Part shown: piece by piece, positions 48,392-61,517 of the stretch | Layout of the letters: each line of letters opens with the position of its first letter | How positions within the stretch are numbered: the stretch's first letter is position 1 | Source of the DNA: Psammoneis japonica | Taxonomy: Eukaryota | Length of the DNA stretch: 64,000 nucleotides | Direction of reading: 5' to 3' | Assembly (NCBI GenBank): GCA_008632985.1 | Contig: QPGO01000004.1 | Location: 806,001 to 870,000 of the forward strand | Notes under the pieces: model-generated | The model's database searches: none | Seen by the model: only the letters and a program-made list of their open reading frames with translations | Told to the model about the DNA's origin: nothing | Translations under genes and position numbers: made by a program

Positions 48392-48928
48392 GCTATCAAA
48401 ACAAAAACTAATCGGTAGATCGTTCAACGCCGAAAAGTTAGAATACTTTCCTCCAACACCCTTTAGGGGATAGTGAGGATGAATAAACGACTTGTTCTTG
48501 TCTTCTGCCTCGGCTTTCCCATTCGTTCATCGATTCGATGATGATTCGTTGGTCATTTTGCTTGGAACGACGACGACTCGTCGCTCTCCTCTCTTCCCGC
48601 GAGTACGCGCGAGCTCGAGCGTATGATACCGCCACTGACGTTACTACATCGCGATCGACGTACGTACGGGCGCGTAACTCGTGACTAAACACTCGTGACC
48701 ACATCTCCCGCCACCCGCCACCCGCCACCCGCCGTGAGACGCGAGATCGAACATCGATCGAAGGTCGAATGCTCAATGACGCTCCTTCATTCGAGTTGCC
48801 CAGTCGTTGCCTTTTTGTAGAGAGTAGAGTATTTACCCTTATCCAACTCTCGTTCTGTTGCCTTCGAATCGCATAACGAGTCTAGGAGAAAACTCGAGGA
48901 GAAAACTTTTGAGCTGAATAAACCTGAA

Positions 48929-51900
48929 ATGTCTTCGTCTAAAGTGTTCCCTCCGCCGTCACAAACTCGCCTGGTAACAATTGTGGCTCATGTCGATCAT
49001 GGAAAGACAACACTTGCTGATAACCTGATTGAATCTAATGGCATTATCAGTGAGAGACTGGCCGGAACGCTTCGATATCTAGATTCCATGGAAGAAGAGC
49101 AGCGGCGAGGTATTACAATGAGGACTTCAGCGATTGGTTTGAGACACACACACCGAACGCGACGCTCAGAAGAGGAGCTCGTTATTCACTTACTCGACTC
49201 GCCAGGACATTGTGACTTCGCTCCGGAAGTGAGTTCCTCACTACAACTCTGTGATGGGGCTATCTTGGTGGTAGATGCAATTGAAGGAATGTGTGCAAGA
49301 ACGCACCAAGTCCTGAGGGAGGCGTACTCTCATCAATTGGTGCCTCTGCTTGTGATCAATAAGATTGATCGGATTTGCACAGACTTGTGTCTTTCACCAA
49401 CCGAGGCGTACGTTAGGTTGCGACATCTTATAGAAAGCATCAATGCTGCCTCAGCTGCCATGATTACTGCCGCCGCGGTGGAAGAAGCAACAGATGAACA
49501 AGACAATGAAGAGGAGGAAGCCCGATGGACGTTTGAGCCAATGAAAGGAAACGTAATTTTTGCATCAGCCTTATACGGCTGGGGGTTCTCTATTCCATCC
49601 CTTGCGAGATCCTTATTTCGAAGCAAGACAATACCCATTAAACCACCAGTCCTTCGTCAATGTCTCTTTGGAGACTACAAGTACAACGACGGGAAAGTAT
49701 TGAAATGGAAAATCGACAGCGATGACCAGCCATTGTTTGCTGAGTACGCCCTGCAACCGCTGTGGAGCATTTATGAGGGAGTCGCATCCGCTGCAGCAAG
49801 TGCTGGAATATCGAGTGGGATTTTTGCAGATGGGCGGGCTGGGATTGCAGCGCGAGAGGCTCAGCGCACACAAAAGGACAAGGGTGATGCTAAAATCAAA
49901 AGTGACTTGCCCGGTATGGACCAAGCTTTCTCTGCCATGTCATCCGGAGGTAGTACAACTGATCGCATCCCCTCTGATCTCGATGAAGTACAAAGAATAT
50001 TGAATCAAACAGGCGCTTCGACAGAGGAAAGTGTGTTGCGCTGTCTCCTCAGAAGATATCGACCACTTAGTGACGCCGTGCTTGACGTGGTTTCAGAGCA
50101 TTGTCCCAACCCTATTGAAGCTGCTAGCTCGGTCAGAACCCGCGCATTGGCCTTGAGATCACCCAAGGAGGTGTCGGAAGCATTTTCTCGCATTCAACGC
50201 TCTGTTCACGAATGCAATGTCAACTCAGAATCACCGGCCGTTGCTCATGTTTGCAAATTCATGACAATCGATCGTTCCAACGTAACGGATTCGGACCTGC
50301 CAAATATCAGTGTTGACTCCGATTCATCAAACAATCTAATCTTGGGACTTGCTCGTGTTCTGAGCGGGACATTGCTTGCTGATAATACCGAATACTTTCT
50401 CTTTGGACCAAAGTACGAAGCCATTGACAACGTGGATCCACCGAGAAGATCAATTCGGCTTTATCTTCTAATGGGATCTTCATTCGTCAGAGTGGACGAG
50501 GTACCGGCGGGACATCTTTGTGCAATATACAACCTAGAAGATTTGAAACTCAAGACGGTCACCGTATGCAGCGACCCTCACGGAATGCCACTCCAAGGCT
50601 TTGATAGAGGAATCAGACCGCTTGTCAAGGTGCATGTAGAACCAGTTTCAGCAGCGGACACTGACGCTTTAGAACGTGGTTTGATGAAGCTGAGTTTAGC
50701 TGACGCGGCTGTCGAAGTCACTGCGACTTCCAAAGGCGAATGCATTCTGGCTTGCCTCGGAGAACTGCATCTTGAACAATCAATATTGGATCTCGAAACT
50801 GTCTACTGTGGAAAGGAGATGAAGCTGCGTATATCTGATCCTATCGTAGAGTTTGCAGAAACTACCAAGTGGTTTGACAACGAGGCAGACTACGATGCCT
50901 TCTTCGACGACACATCAGCGCCGCTGCGACAAGCCCGTATCCCACCATATTGCGAGGAAGAAGGAATTGAATATGCACACCGAGGGAGAACAAGAGCTGT
51001 TCTGTCAGGCAGAGGAGCTGCTATTGGCTTACGTGTTCTACCTCTCGAAGACCTCGTCTTTGAGTCGTTGCAGCAAAACAAAGTGATCGAAGGAAGCGAC
51101 AAGGATCTTCTGTTTGTTGGCAAAGCACTGAAGTGTGGAGGACACACTCCAAATGAAATTCTCTCGCAGCTGTCCGAGATGCTGTGCACCCTGGATGGTA
51201 ATGGAAACGCATTGCTGGAAGCAAAAGGCATCGCAGATGGTTACTACGTAAAGGCCGTGTCCTCCGAGACCGGCGATGTATATGTACCAAAAACGCAACA
51301 GGAGCAGGAGGAGGCCGACCATGAAAAAGGCGATCCCGCAAATACCGTTTCGGGTGGACACGACGGATTTGATGTATACAGCGAAATTCGACAACGTGTG
51401 CGAAAAGGAGGAGCATGCGTCGAATCATCAGTTGCTACCGATATGAGTGATATTGATACAAGCGCTCTAGCTATTTGGCGGAAAGAAATGCGCCGTTCCG
51501 TTGCTGCAGGGTTTCAACTCGCCATGCGTTATGGGCCGATTTGCGAGGAACCTGTCAGAAGAGTGATGGTGGTTCTTGAGAGCGTGGAAATCGCTGTCAA
51601 ACCAAATACTGACTCCGCTGAAAGGGATGGACATCAGACATTCTGTAGTGCAAAGACTCTCAACGGTGGCATGGTTGTTTCAGGGCTCCGCTCTGGAATC
51701 AGGTGTTCACTTCTGTAAGTATCTCGGCGCCCTCTTTTTCTGATGTCTGCAAAGCGAATCCACTCACCCCTCTGGGAATTTATTATTCTGTTTCAGCACT
51801 AGACCTTTTCGGCTCATGGAGAGAATCTTTCACTTGACTCTCCACTCATCAATGGCCGGCTTGGGCTCACTGTATGGTGTCCTTTCAAAGCGTCGCGGAA

Positions 51901-52259
51901 AGGTACTGTCGGACTCCATGGTTGAAGGTACCGATTTGTTACTGATCTCTGCAACTTTACCCCAGGCAGAGTCTTTTGGTCTTCAGCCAGAATTAATGGC
52001 AAAATCAAGCGGCGAAGTGACAGTTCCTACGCTGGTGTTTTCCCACTGGGAGCTGTTAGACGAAGATCCATTCTGGATTCCAACTTCGCTGGAAGAACGC
52101 GAGGATTTTGGCGAAATTGTTTCTAACGGAGACAGTTCCACTGGCCTCGATAACACTGCACTGAAGTATATCCGCATTGTCCGCGAAAGAAAGGGACTGT
52201 TGGTAGACTCTAACCAAACTGTGGTTGCCGCCGAGAAACAGCGCACCCTAAAGAGATAA
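48929..52259 (+). CDS. EFL1: Elongation factor-like GTPase 1 (Ria1/EFL1); intron ~51715-51796
   Basis: AHVDHGKTTLAD, RGITM, DSPGH, NKID, GELHLE, GPICEEPV, FSHW...DPFW.P, RKGL, EKQRTL. Confidence 0.95.
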
Positions 52260-52457
52260 TTCGTTCTGCGTGTTGTAAGGAATGAATAGTTGTTCTGCAG
52301 AGAGAGAGGCTACGGCAACTAGATTCAGATATAGAAAGCTCCATTCGTACTTAGTATGGAAACTGGCTTATTTCCCCTTGATCGCACTGGAAAGCAGTTT
52401 GCGAAGGTTTCCTCCATTACAAAGCCCACAAAAGATGTTTACATATTTATGTTCTCC

Positions 52458-53723
52458 TTACCAAAGAATCAAAGTGGCAAACACTGCCAAGCATACCACA
52501 CTGCTGAATGTCCACTGATGACGGAACAAAGACGAAACCGACGTCGACGGTGGCATGGTCGTGTTCGTCAAGGGAGAAATGCCGAAGACATCAAGAGAAG
52601 CTTGCACCAATGCCGAGCACCTCTCTTCCTCGGAAAAACCTGCATCAATCATGGCCGTTACAGCCCACTCTAGTGCAATAGACACAAATCCTGGAAAGTT
52701 GGCATCACTACCATAAAAGACACGATCGGCCAATCCTTTCTCCTTGATAGAAGCAACCACTGCATCGCCCGTAGGATTGCGAGGACGTCCACTCGGATCA
52801 AAGGGAGCGAGTCCTGAAATTTCCAACCATACATTTTGGTAAGCAGCCGCAAGTTCAATAGTGTGTTCCACCACCGTTCCATTGTAAAAATACTGATCAG
52901 TGGGCGGCAGAAAGTCCAGTCCAGTGTGAAGGAGAATAAAGGTGACATTGGGGTATTGTGCGACGAGTGGTTCGAGGTACGTTGGATCCACGAACTGCTC
53001 TTGACAACAAGCCTGTGTAGTGAACAAGAGAAACGATGAGAGAATCAAAAAGAAATATGTATACAATACTACCATTCTTTCAATGGATGTTCTTACTCGA
53101 TATCCAAGAATGAGTTCACCAAACTCGCTACAAAATGGGGTCGTTCCCGTATGCAGTGCAACAACGGGCTTGCTGGAGAGTGAAACTGCTCGAACAACGT
53201 CCGGCAGAATGGCTCCATTCATTTCCAAACAGGTATGTGGAGGGGCCAGTTTGGTTCCCACAAACTCTGGTTTTTCCAAATGTTCCAAAAGACGAGCAAT
53301 TTCTGCGTCTCGCGTTGCATTCCAATCACCCGATGTATCCAGAGACGCAAGGCCGTACATTCTTTGTTCACTATCTACTACCATTCTCTCCACCTGAGTA
53401 TTGGCATCAGGAAGGAAGGTATTGTTGGCTGCATAGACAGCATACAAGACCGCTCTGGAAATGCCTGCAGCGTCCATTTGCCGAATTATCGGATCCACCG
53501 AAGAATAGTTAGAAGGATGAATATGCATGTCAATAATTTCACCACAACGTTGACGCTCTACATCGACAAGTGCTGTTGCATTGGACGTGGCTGTTTCATT
53601 TTTTGTTGCTGGTTGTGCGACAATCTCGCTCGGCAACATCGCCAAGAGGAGGAAGAGTATAATGCTGACGGCTGAAGTAGGAGCCACCACGAACATTGTG
53701 TTTTTCGTCTCAGCAATCCCCAT
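52458..53723 (-). CDS. Amidohydrolase_2 family metallohydrolase with N-terminal signal and C-terminal hydrophobic tail; one in-frame intron
   Basis: IIDMHIH, LHTG twice, WLEIS, FYGSD; N-glycosylation sequons; S/T linker before a terminal hydrophobic stretch. Confidence 0.85.
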   Translation of the reverse strand: MGIAETKNTMFVVAPTSAVSIILFLLLAMLPSEIVAQPATKNETATSNATALVDVERQRCGEIIDMHIHPSNYSSVDPIIRQMDAAGISRAVLYAVYAANNTFLPDANTQVERMVVDSEQRMYGLASLDTSGDWNATRDAEIARLLEHLEKPEFVGTKLAPPHTCLEMNGAILPDVVRAVSLSSKPVVALHTGTTPFCSEFGELILGYRVRTSIERMVVLYTYFFLILSSFLLFTTQACCQEQFVDPTYLEPLVAQYPNVTFILLHTGLDFLPPTDQYFYNGTVVEHTIELAAAYQNVWLEISGLAPFDPSGRPRNPTGDAVVASIKEKGLADRVFYGSDANFPGFVSIALEWAVTAMIDAGFSEEERCSALVQASLDVFGISPLTNTTMPPSTSVSSLFRHQWTFSSVVCLAVFATLILW

Positions 53724-54423
53724 CGAAACCTGCAAGAAAATCGTGTTAGAAAGGCTTCTTTGAGAGGGTAATACTACTAGGAGACCCCGATGCAATACGC
53801 ACTACCAGTACTGTGAGCCAGATTGCCAAAGTATCGAGTGTAAGTGCGTTGTGAGGTTTCTGATGCCCTTCGCACTATGAAGCAAAATAAGGCTTAAATG
53901 AGGAATGAAGGAGGCTGGGAGTTTGTTTGCGATCGAAAGTTCCAGAATTCGCTGGAAATGAATGCCCGTACCAGTTGGAGGTCGGATGTTAGCGCAAGAG
54001 CCAACAAATAGAGAGCAGCTTGTTCAATGAAATCTTCTAAAAGTAGAAATAGTGAGATGATCTGTTCAACTCTTTCTTGGATTGTGAAGAGGAATGAATA
54101 ACACGTGTCAACAGTGTTCTGCGTTCTTGCAGTGCGAAGTTGGAAGTGCGAAGCAGTCGGGACTTGCTTGTTGCTTGCTTGACGATCGTGTGATGTGAGA
54201 CGCGGGTGGCGCTGTGAACCATATTAGAATCTGAATACTTCTATTAGTTATATTAGTATTCATGATGGATGGGCTAGGCTGAAGTATCCTTGTGTGTCCA
54301 TTGCATGAGACATAAACACAACATTCATACACAAAAATAAAAATGCCTTCTGTCCGTCATCACCCAATCTTCAATCTTGTTGACACCCACATCAAAAAGG
54401 TGCGGTACCGGTAGCCAGCGACA

Positions 54424-55374
54424 ATGGCGAGCGAAGCGTGGGTTGACTTCATTGCTGGTTGGTGTTCTGGAGGGGCAGCTGTTATTGCCTGTCAGCCCGT
54501 TGATACCGTTTTGACTCGTTATCAAGCTGGGCCGTCGTTAGTGCAGAACGCCAACGGAACCAGTGCGACCGGAAATGTCGTGTTGCGCCCAACAATTAAC
54601 GATGCCAGAGGACTCGTGTCGCGGGCTGGAATCAAATCTCTCTGGCGTGGAAGCTCAGCAATGATTGGCGCAGTCCCTATGCAGAATGCTTTACTCATGT
54701 CTGGGTATGGTGCTGGGAAACGATGGAGTGAACAAGACAGTTCTCAGCGCAACACTCTTTTCGCTGTGTTTGTTGGTGGTTGCACCGGTGGTGTTATCCA
54801 GTCGTTTCTCATGTCGCCGGTATGTGTGCGTACACGTTGCAGATGATTGTGAATAAAGAAGATTTCACCATTTATGTCGTGTCTGTTTCCGTAGGTCGAG
54901 CTTGTCAAGGTCACTCAACAAGTGGTTGGAAAGGGTGTGATTTCTGCCTCGCTCGGAGTTGCGAAAGGCCTCTTATCAAGTACAGGAGCATGGAGGGGCC
55001 TAGGAGCGACATTGTTGAGGGATGGAATTCCTCATGGTGTGTGGTTTGCCTCTTATGAGTATGCCAAGACTGCTTTGGCAGATCACAGCCAGGGTTCACT
55101 TGGCGGCGAAAGCTTTATGATTCCTATTGTGTCTGGCGCTTTTGCAGCAACCACAGCTTGGGGTGTCGGATATCCCGCAGACTTGATTAAGACTCGCATT
55201 CAGGCGGGAGGCACAAATGGTATTGTAGCTACAGCTAGAGAATTGGTTCAAGAGGCAGGTGGGCGAACGTTTGCTGGTCTCTACCGGGGCTTTGGTCTGA
55301 AACTTGTCAGGGCAATTCCGGCATCCGCCATTGGTTTTCTCGTTTACGAGTTTGTTAAGGCTGAAATATCTTAG
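54424..55374 (+). CDS. Mitochondrial carrier (carnitine/basic amino acid carrier-like); intron ~54820-54894
   Basis: PVDTVLTRYQ, P|VELVKV, YPADLIKTRIQ, LYRGFG..LVRAIP. Confidence 0.93.
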
Positions 55375-56222
55375 AGGTGCGAAACCGATGTTTGACTGTT
55401 GTAGTGCAGTAGTCTACTGCTTGAATGATGAATACATTTGCGACGTAGAGAAACTTGCGGCCCAATGCATGGTAAGGCAGCAACGAAGGAACCACTGTCA
55501 AATAATAACTTTGGCTCGTACTGTACGTCGACACCTTTAGCTTTGTGAATCCGGACCCTTGCTTCTCGTTTATGGGTCATAGGTGTGATAAGATCCACTG
55601 CCATTTCCAAGAGGAAAAACAAAATGTCGCTCGCTCCAAAGCTAAAAAATGGCACGCTATCTGCTAGATCTAATGGCCATGGTACTACATAGGGTCCTCT
55701 CTAGAGCGAACAAGTTGACAGTCTTCCATCGATCGATCTTTTATATACTCTAGGCCCTAGAGGGCCCAGTTAGTCCAGTATGTACAGTACCGTACCACAT
55801 CGTCAATGTCAATAGGCATAATACATCTCAATCTGATCGATCGATCGATCGATCGCGAATGTCACGTCGGCGTCTGGTCTCTGTTCGTGACACTCAGCCT
55901 CCCTCCTGTCTCTCCCCACCCCGCCTTTTCGTGCGCGTGCGCGGGGACCACGCGAAACGCGAACGCGAGAATGCGAACCCGCAACCGCGACCCGCACCCC
56001 ACCATCGCCTTCTCGATGAATCCCACCGCTGAGCACGAAGATCAACAAGGAACACTCCTCATCAACGTTACAATCCTGCACACTGCACAGCTCTGTTGAG
56101 TTTGACTCCCGTATCCCTCACATAAAATTGAAACGTTGTTTCGCCAACAAGAACACGACAAGGTCTCCACCGCCCAACAAACTTATAATACGAGCACTAC
56201 ATTCAATCTGCTCTCCAAAAAC

Positions 56223-56939
56223 ATGCGCTCCTCAAAGACGCGAGGACGACCCAACTGGTGGTTGAAAGGGGCCGCCACCTTGTGGCTCCTCTTCACAACC
56301 ATAAAATATCTTCGTCCCATTCTTATGCGAGAGTTACTTCTCAAGTATTCAATCCGTCTAAACAAGTATGAACAGCGCACTGACATTCCACATTCTTGCT
56401 TCCAAGTCTCCAACGACTCGCCCGTAGCTATGACAACTCTTGATTATGACCAATACTCTGGAATATGGTATAATTTTGCCACCAACGATCCAACTCAACC
56501 AGGTGACCTTTGCCGGTGTGACAGATACAAATGGACTTATAATGGGCCAGAGACAAACTCTTTTGAAAGCGAGCTCAACATCATCTGCAAAGGACTGGGG
56601 GTATTCAGAATGCAGTTACAAGGCCAGGCAAATGTGACAGGAATTGCAGGGAAAATTACTGAAGGATCGCCTGCCTTTGGAGCTGATCTCATTCCGGGGT
56701 ACATTGTGTGGGTCGACAAAGACTACTCTGCTACGATTCGGTACTTTTGCGCTCATAACTACCTTGGCGTGGACGTCTTTAGTTCCATCCAAATATGGAC
56801 AAGAGAGCCGACAAGTAGAACCTCAAAGAAGGGAAGATCCTTGCTGGGAAAGGCACACGAGCTCTTGCAGTTTGACGAGAAATATCTGGACTTTGCTGAT
56901 CATTCCGATTGCGAGAAACTACCTTCCGTTTCACGCTGA
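56223..56939 (+). CDS. Lipocalin-like protein with N-terminal TM segment
   Basis: LDYDQYSGIWY (GxW), DKDYSATIRY, IWTR motifs. Confidence 0.75.
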   Translation: MRSSKTRGRPNWWLKGAATLWLLFTTIKYLRPILMRELLLKYSIRLNKYEQRTDIPHSCFQVSNDSPVAMTTLDYDQYSGIWYNFATNDPTQPGDLCRCDRYKWTYNGPETNSFESELNIICKGLGVFRMQLQGQANVTGIAGKITEGSPAFGADLIPGYIVWVDKDYSATIRYFCAHNYLGVDVFSSIQIWTREPTSRTSKKGRSLLGKAHELLQFDEKYLDFADHSDCEKLPSVSR

Positions 56940-57584
56940 GACACAAATATTGTGAAATTACAAGAGGAATGAATAGCGTATTTTGCAACAATGTGAAAAT
57001 TTCCACCTGGTTGAGGACTGGAGTTCAACCATCAATATCCATCTCCTCCTTTTCGGTTTGACGCATGCTCTACTCTTCTAGACGTTTCGTCACGTTGATT
57101 TGAAGATTTTTTGTCTTTACACAGTAATACCTTCCATTCCTAATCTCTACGGTAGCTGCAATCATTCCGTACCGTAGACCAAGTCTTCTCTCTCTCTCTC
57201 TAGCTAGCTAGCTAGAGACTCTAGAGTAGAGTAGACTCTAGCTCTCTCTACTATAGCCTCTAGAGCTTACAAGTAGAAGTACACCGAGCAACAACTCGTA
57301 GTCCTACCTGCTTTACCGTGCACCGTACTTCGAACTTAGAGCACCACAGCGCCACCATGAAAGCAGCCAGCCAGCATGACACACCGACACAACAACCGCA
57401 ATAACACGTCACAGAGGATCTGACCCAAACCCAAAATTGGAAAAATTGGAAATGCGAACGCAATACGCAATCCAAGAGTTGAGATGAAATTGTGAGGTGG
57501 AAGTGAGAAAAGTTGTGGTGGAACGCAGTTTAAACAAATTTATCGCAGCTGGTCTCGAAAATAAATCCTTCCAGCAGAGCTCCA

Positions 57585-60073
57585 ATGGGAATCATGGAGA
57601 AATTTAACTTCCAAATACTATGTTGCGCTTTTTTGTTGATCAGCAACGGGCGCGCATTCTTCCAGCCTCCATTGACGCGGACGAGGCTGGGAAGCAAACC
57701 CTCATCGGTGCCACTTCATGCATCCAACGTAGAAGCACCCGAACGAAGCGAGCGCGTTGATGTGGTGCTGTACGGTGTCGGTGACCTGAGAACGGACGAC
57801 CATGGAGGCTTGGCTGCGGCGTTGAAAAGTGCAGCTGCGGAGAATGCGAGTATCCTGCCAGTAATGATTCTGGACACACAAGATACAGTACCGAACATTC
57901 CCGGTGCTGTTTCACAGACAATTGATACCGCAGCGATGATTTCAGGAGCCATGAAATCGTTGGAAGAAAATCTTGCAATGATTGGTCTCTCGTTGCATGT
58001 TGAAATCGGAAGTCGCGGTGTCTGTGATGCGTTGGAAGGAGTCATCGACAAAGTGGCAGCAGAAAAACCTACATCTTCAGAATTCCATGTTCATATTTGC
58101 GATCTTGGTGATGTAGATAACGAACTTGGATATGGACCCTGGGCTCATTGTCGAGACGGGATATCCAAATCAAATGTTCACTTTCACCCATGGAAATGTC
58201 AGTTGCGGTCTGAACCGAAGCCAGAAAGTCTTCCGCTCTCCTATCCTGAGTATAGAAAGAAATATTCTTCAAAACCATTACGTCCGCTTGACAAACCAGA
58301 GGACTCGTTCGAGGGAACTGCTGTGAAACTCGAGTCACCATCAATACCCTCTCCAGACGACATTACGAATCTGTTCGTGCAGTCTTTGCAGTTGGATCCA
58401 GAGCAGGTTGAAGCAGAGAAGAACACGGGATTGTTCGGAACTCACTGGGGAGGACTTGCTCCAGGCAGCGTTGGAGAAACCGCGGTTCTAAAATGTATCA
58501 AGTCGTATGTCCAGGACTGCGACGAAGAAGACGAGAAATGGACTGTCCACCCGAATAATTTCGGCAGATCGTGCTATCGTAACCCGGCTAGTTTAGAACA
58601 CGCTGCTATCGCATGGATGACAAAGGGCGATGGAAAGGCCACATCCTCGGAGGCGAAAAACTTGATAGGAGGAGAATCCATGACACGATTCTTGGCTGCG
58701 CCACTGCTTTTGGGCACAGTGTCACCAAGACGCCTGTGGCACGCTTCGTCAAAAGATTTTACCTTCCACACGAGTGTCCTAAAAACGCTTGCGGAGAGTC
58801 GAGAGTGGCACAATCTTTTGGCGTGTCGCAACCTCTGCGTAGACCCTCTCTATTCGAAAACGAGCGATGATGGCATACAATACGGATATTGGAGATGGCA
58901 TGGTTTTCTCTGTAGATATGCGAGATCAATGCTGAAACAGCAGGAAGGTACGGCGAAAGAGAAGGAAGGGATTCTTTTGGTGCACGGTTTTGGTGCTTCA
59001 AGTTCTCAATGGACAAAGGCGCTGGACGAATTGTCATACACAGTCCCGGCTGACAAATACACTGAGGGAGCGGTAGAGGGGCTCGCTCCTTGCTTGATCG
59101 GTTTCGGGCAGTCTGAGAAACCTCCACTAACTTACACCGCATATCTGTGGGATTCGTATGTAACTGCCTTTATCAAAGAGATTGCAATAAATCGTCACGA
59201 TTGGGATCAGTTTGTGATTGGTGGCAATAGCATTGGTGGCTTTGTGTCGATGAGCTGTGGGGCCGATGATACCGTGAAGGCGACAGACTCATCCTTTGTC
59301 TCTGGATCGGGAGCGCCTGGTAGCGGTCGTTGCACGGGAGTGGTGTTGATGAATTCTGCAGGACAAATAAAGATGAAGGAAGACATAGAACAGGGGCTCC
59401 GAGATGGCAAAGAAAGGAATGTTATGACTGTCGCAGAGTTAACAGCAACAGACAGCCTCCCAGATTGCAAGTACGTTTTTTTGGGCCTGCCTAAAGATTT
59501 CGTCTCACAAGAAGCTGTTCTCACCCTCTTATTTTGTTTGACACGTTGCCAAGACCAATACCACGGCCCGCTGCCCGCCTATTTGGAAATGGATTGCTCG
59601 CTTATCTGCGTCCGCGCATTAAGTCGATCTGTTCGAACCTGTACCCCACGAATCCTGATGCCGTGGACGACATATTATGTGAAGGAATTTTGAGAGACTC
59701 ATTGGACCCCGGCGCTATCAACGTTATGATTAGCGGCTCTAAGCTTCCTCCGCCGAGAACCGCAAATGAGATACTTGGTGCTGATTTTGGTTCGGCGAAA
59801 ACAGAGGAAGGCAAATGGAGGGAGGGGGTGTGGACCGGCCCAGTACTCGTTGCACAGGGCCTCCTTGATCCCTTAAACGACGCAAAAGGCCGAGCTTCCA
59901 TGTTCCGCGACTTGCGGAAAGGAATCACGGTGTCGCCCATCGACGCAGGGCATTGTCCACATGATGAGCTTCCTCAAGACGTAGCCATGAGCATCACAAG
60001 TTGGATAAAGATGACTAGGGAGCAAGCCATCGCTGAGACAACTACCGCCACCGAACAAATGAGCTCGCCGTGA
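57585..60073 (+). CDS. Plastid-targeted photolyase-N domain and alpha/beta hydrolase fusion; intron ~59471-59552
   Basis: GRAFF presequence; DLRTDDHGGL; LVHGFGAS, GFGQSEKP, GNSIGG, QG..DPL, AGHCPHDE. Confidence 0.88.
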
Positions 60074-60182
60074 GAGATCATGCCGTTGAAATATCATTGT
60101 GACTCTTGTGAGACTTATAAATCATTTTTGCTAAACTCCTGTAAATTGTGGCCTCCCAGCCAGTGCTAAACTTATCCTACTT

Positions 60183-61517
60183 CTAGTCTTTCCTCGCCGG
60201 GATAATCTCCACATTATGGATTGAATTGCCCTCTTCGACGCACTTTACCTTGCCGCAAAGCAAATCTGGTTTCCCCTCGGGCTCCCCAAAAGATCGAACC
60301 TGACAACGGCAGTTGTTGCACACCAAGACTAACATTCTGCAGCGGCAACACCGCGCTGCACGGTTTTCAGAAGGAGCATGCCCATTGTCGTAGTCGTCGT
60401 GTGCGCAACAACATAGTTGACAACGACCAGGGCTCTCTCCGCCGACAAGAGGGTCAGTTCGACGCTGATCAAAGACAAAATTTTTTCCCTTGAAAAGGCA
60501 ATCGGCATTTTCAGAGGAAGATAGAGACCCATAATGCTCAAGATATCGCTGGATGCCTCCATGCAGCTGGTAGATGGCTTTCGGATTGGCAAGATCGTTA
60601 AATTTCTCGCTGTCGGCCATGGCTTGTAAACACACACTTGCTCTTTCACATCTCACACCGCCAGTACAATACATAAATACGTGCTTCCCGGCGAGATCTG
60701 GCATTGATGTTTCAAAAACCGAAGGAAGTGACGAGTACTTTCGAGTATTGGTAAGTATTGTGGGGACGTCCTTTACAGAGAAGTGCCCCACTCGAGACTC
60801 ATACACGTTTCTCGCATCCAAAAGAATCGCATCATTTCCAAGGGATAGTAAACGTTCATTCCACTCCTGTGGCGACAAGTGTGGCGCAGGTTCAAACTTG
60901 CTGAGCCTTTCTTTCACGTCATCGGCAGTGTCGGTGCCATCGGTAGAAATCTGCTCTTCTTGAAGTTTTCGATTTCGTCGCCGTCTTCCCGAATATCTTT
61001 TTGACAACTTTCTATCTCTCAATTCCCGTACTTCATCGGGCGTTAGCTCGTACAGGCTAACAACTTCTCTGGTTGATCTGACAGATAACGAGTTGAACAA
61101 CTGCTGCTCGATTGGCAGATCTCCGCGCAGGCGGCAGTACTTTACGTCGAGGTCAAGTGAATCTCGATCAAATTCTTTCGCTTTTGCGTCATCAGTCCGT
61201 GGTAGAGCTTGTCGAATACAAAGCAGCACCTGCCTCAGCTCCTTTTCATAGTCTTCCAGGTCGTCAACGAGGCCACTCAAAACTCCATTTATTCCCTCGA
61301 AGCTGACACGAATCCTTCCAAACAATCCTAGCGATTCGCAATGCTCCTTTTGGAAACAAATCTGCTCTTCAATATTTGGTATAGGAGTGTAGCAATAGTA
61401 TAAGGCTATCCTCCACTTTTCCGATGATTCGGCGCTACCTTCAACTTGCGAACCCATCCTTTCAAAGAAACAGAAACTGCCTGGCTCTTTTTGCTGTTCA
61501 GCGGATTTGAAGATCAC
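60183..61517 (-). CDS. Rhodanese-domain protein of the TSTD2/TrhO (UPF0176) family
   Basis: ALYYCY, GRIRVSFEGING, LLDARNVYESRVGHF, MYCTGGVRCE, QLHGGI, FKGKNFVFD. Confidence 0.93.
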   Translation of the reverse strand: MIFKSAEQQKEPGSFCFFERMGSQVEGSAESSEKWRIALYYCYTPIPNIEEQICFQKEHCESLGLFGRIRVSFEGINGVLSGLVDDLEDYEKELRQVLLCIRQALPRTDDAKAKEFDRDSLDLDVKYCRLRGDLPIEQQLFNSLSVRSTREVVSLYELTPDEVRELRDRKLSKRYSGRRRRNRKLQEEQISTDGTDTADDVKERLSKFEPAPHLSPQEWNERLLSLGNDAILLDARNVYESRVGHFSVKDVPTILTNTRKYSSLPSVFETSMPDLAGKHVFMYCTGGVRCERASVCLQAMADSEKFNDLANPKAIYQLHGGIQRYLEHYGSLSSSENADCLFKGKNFVFDQRRTDPLVGGESPGRCQLCCCAHDDYDNGHAPSENRAARCCRCRMLVLVCNNCRCQVRSFGEPEGKPDLLCGKVKCVEEGNSIHNVEIIPARKD

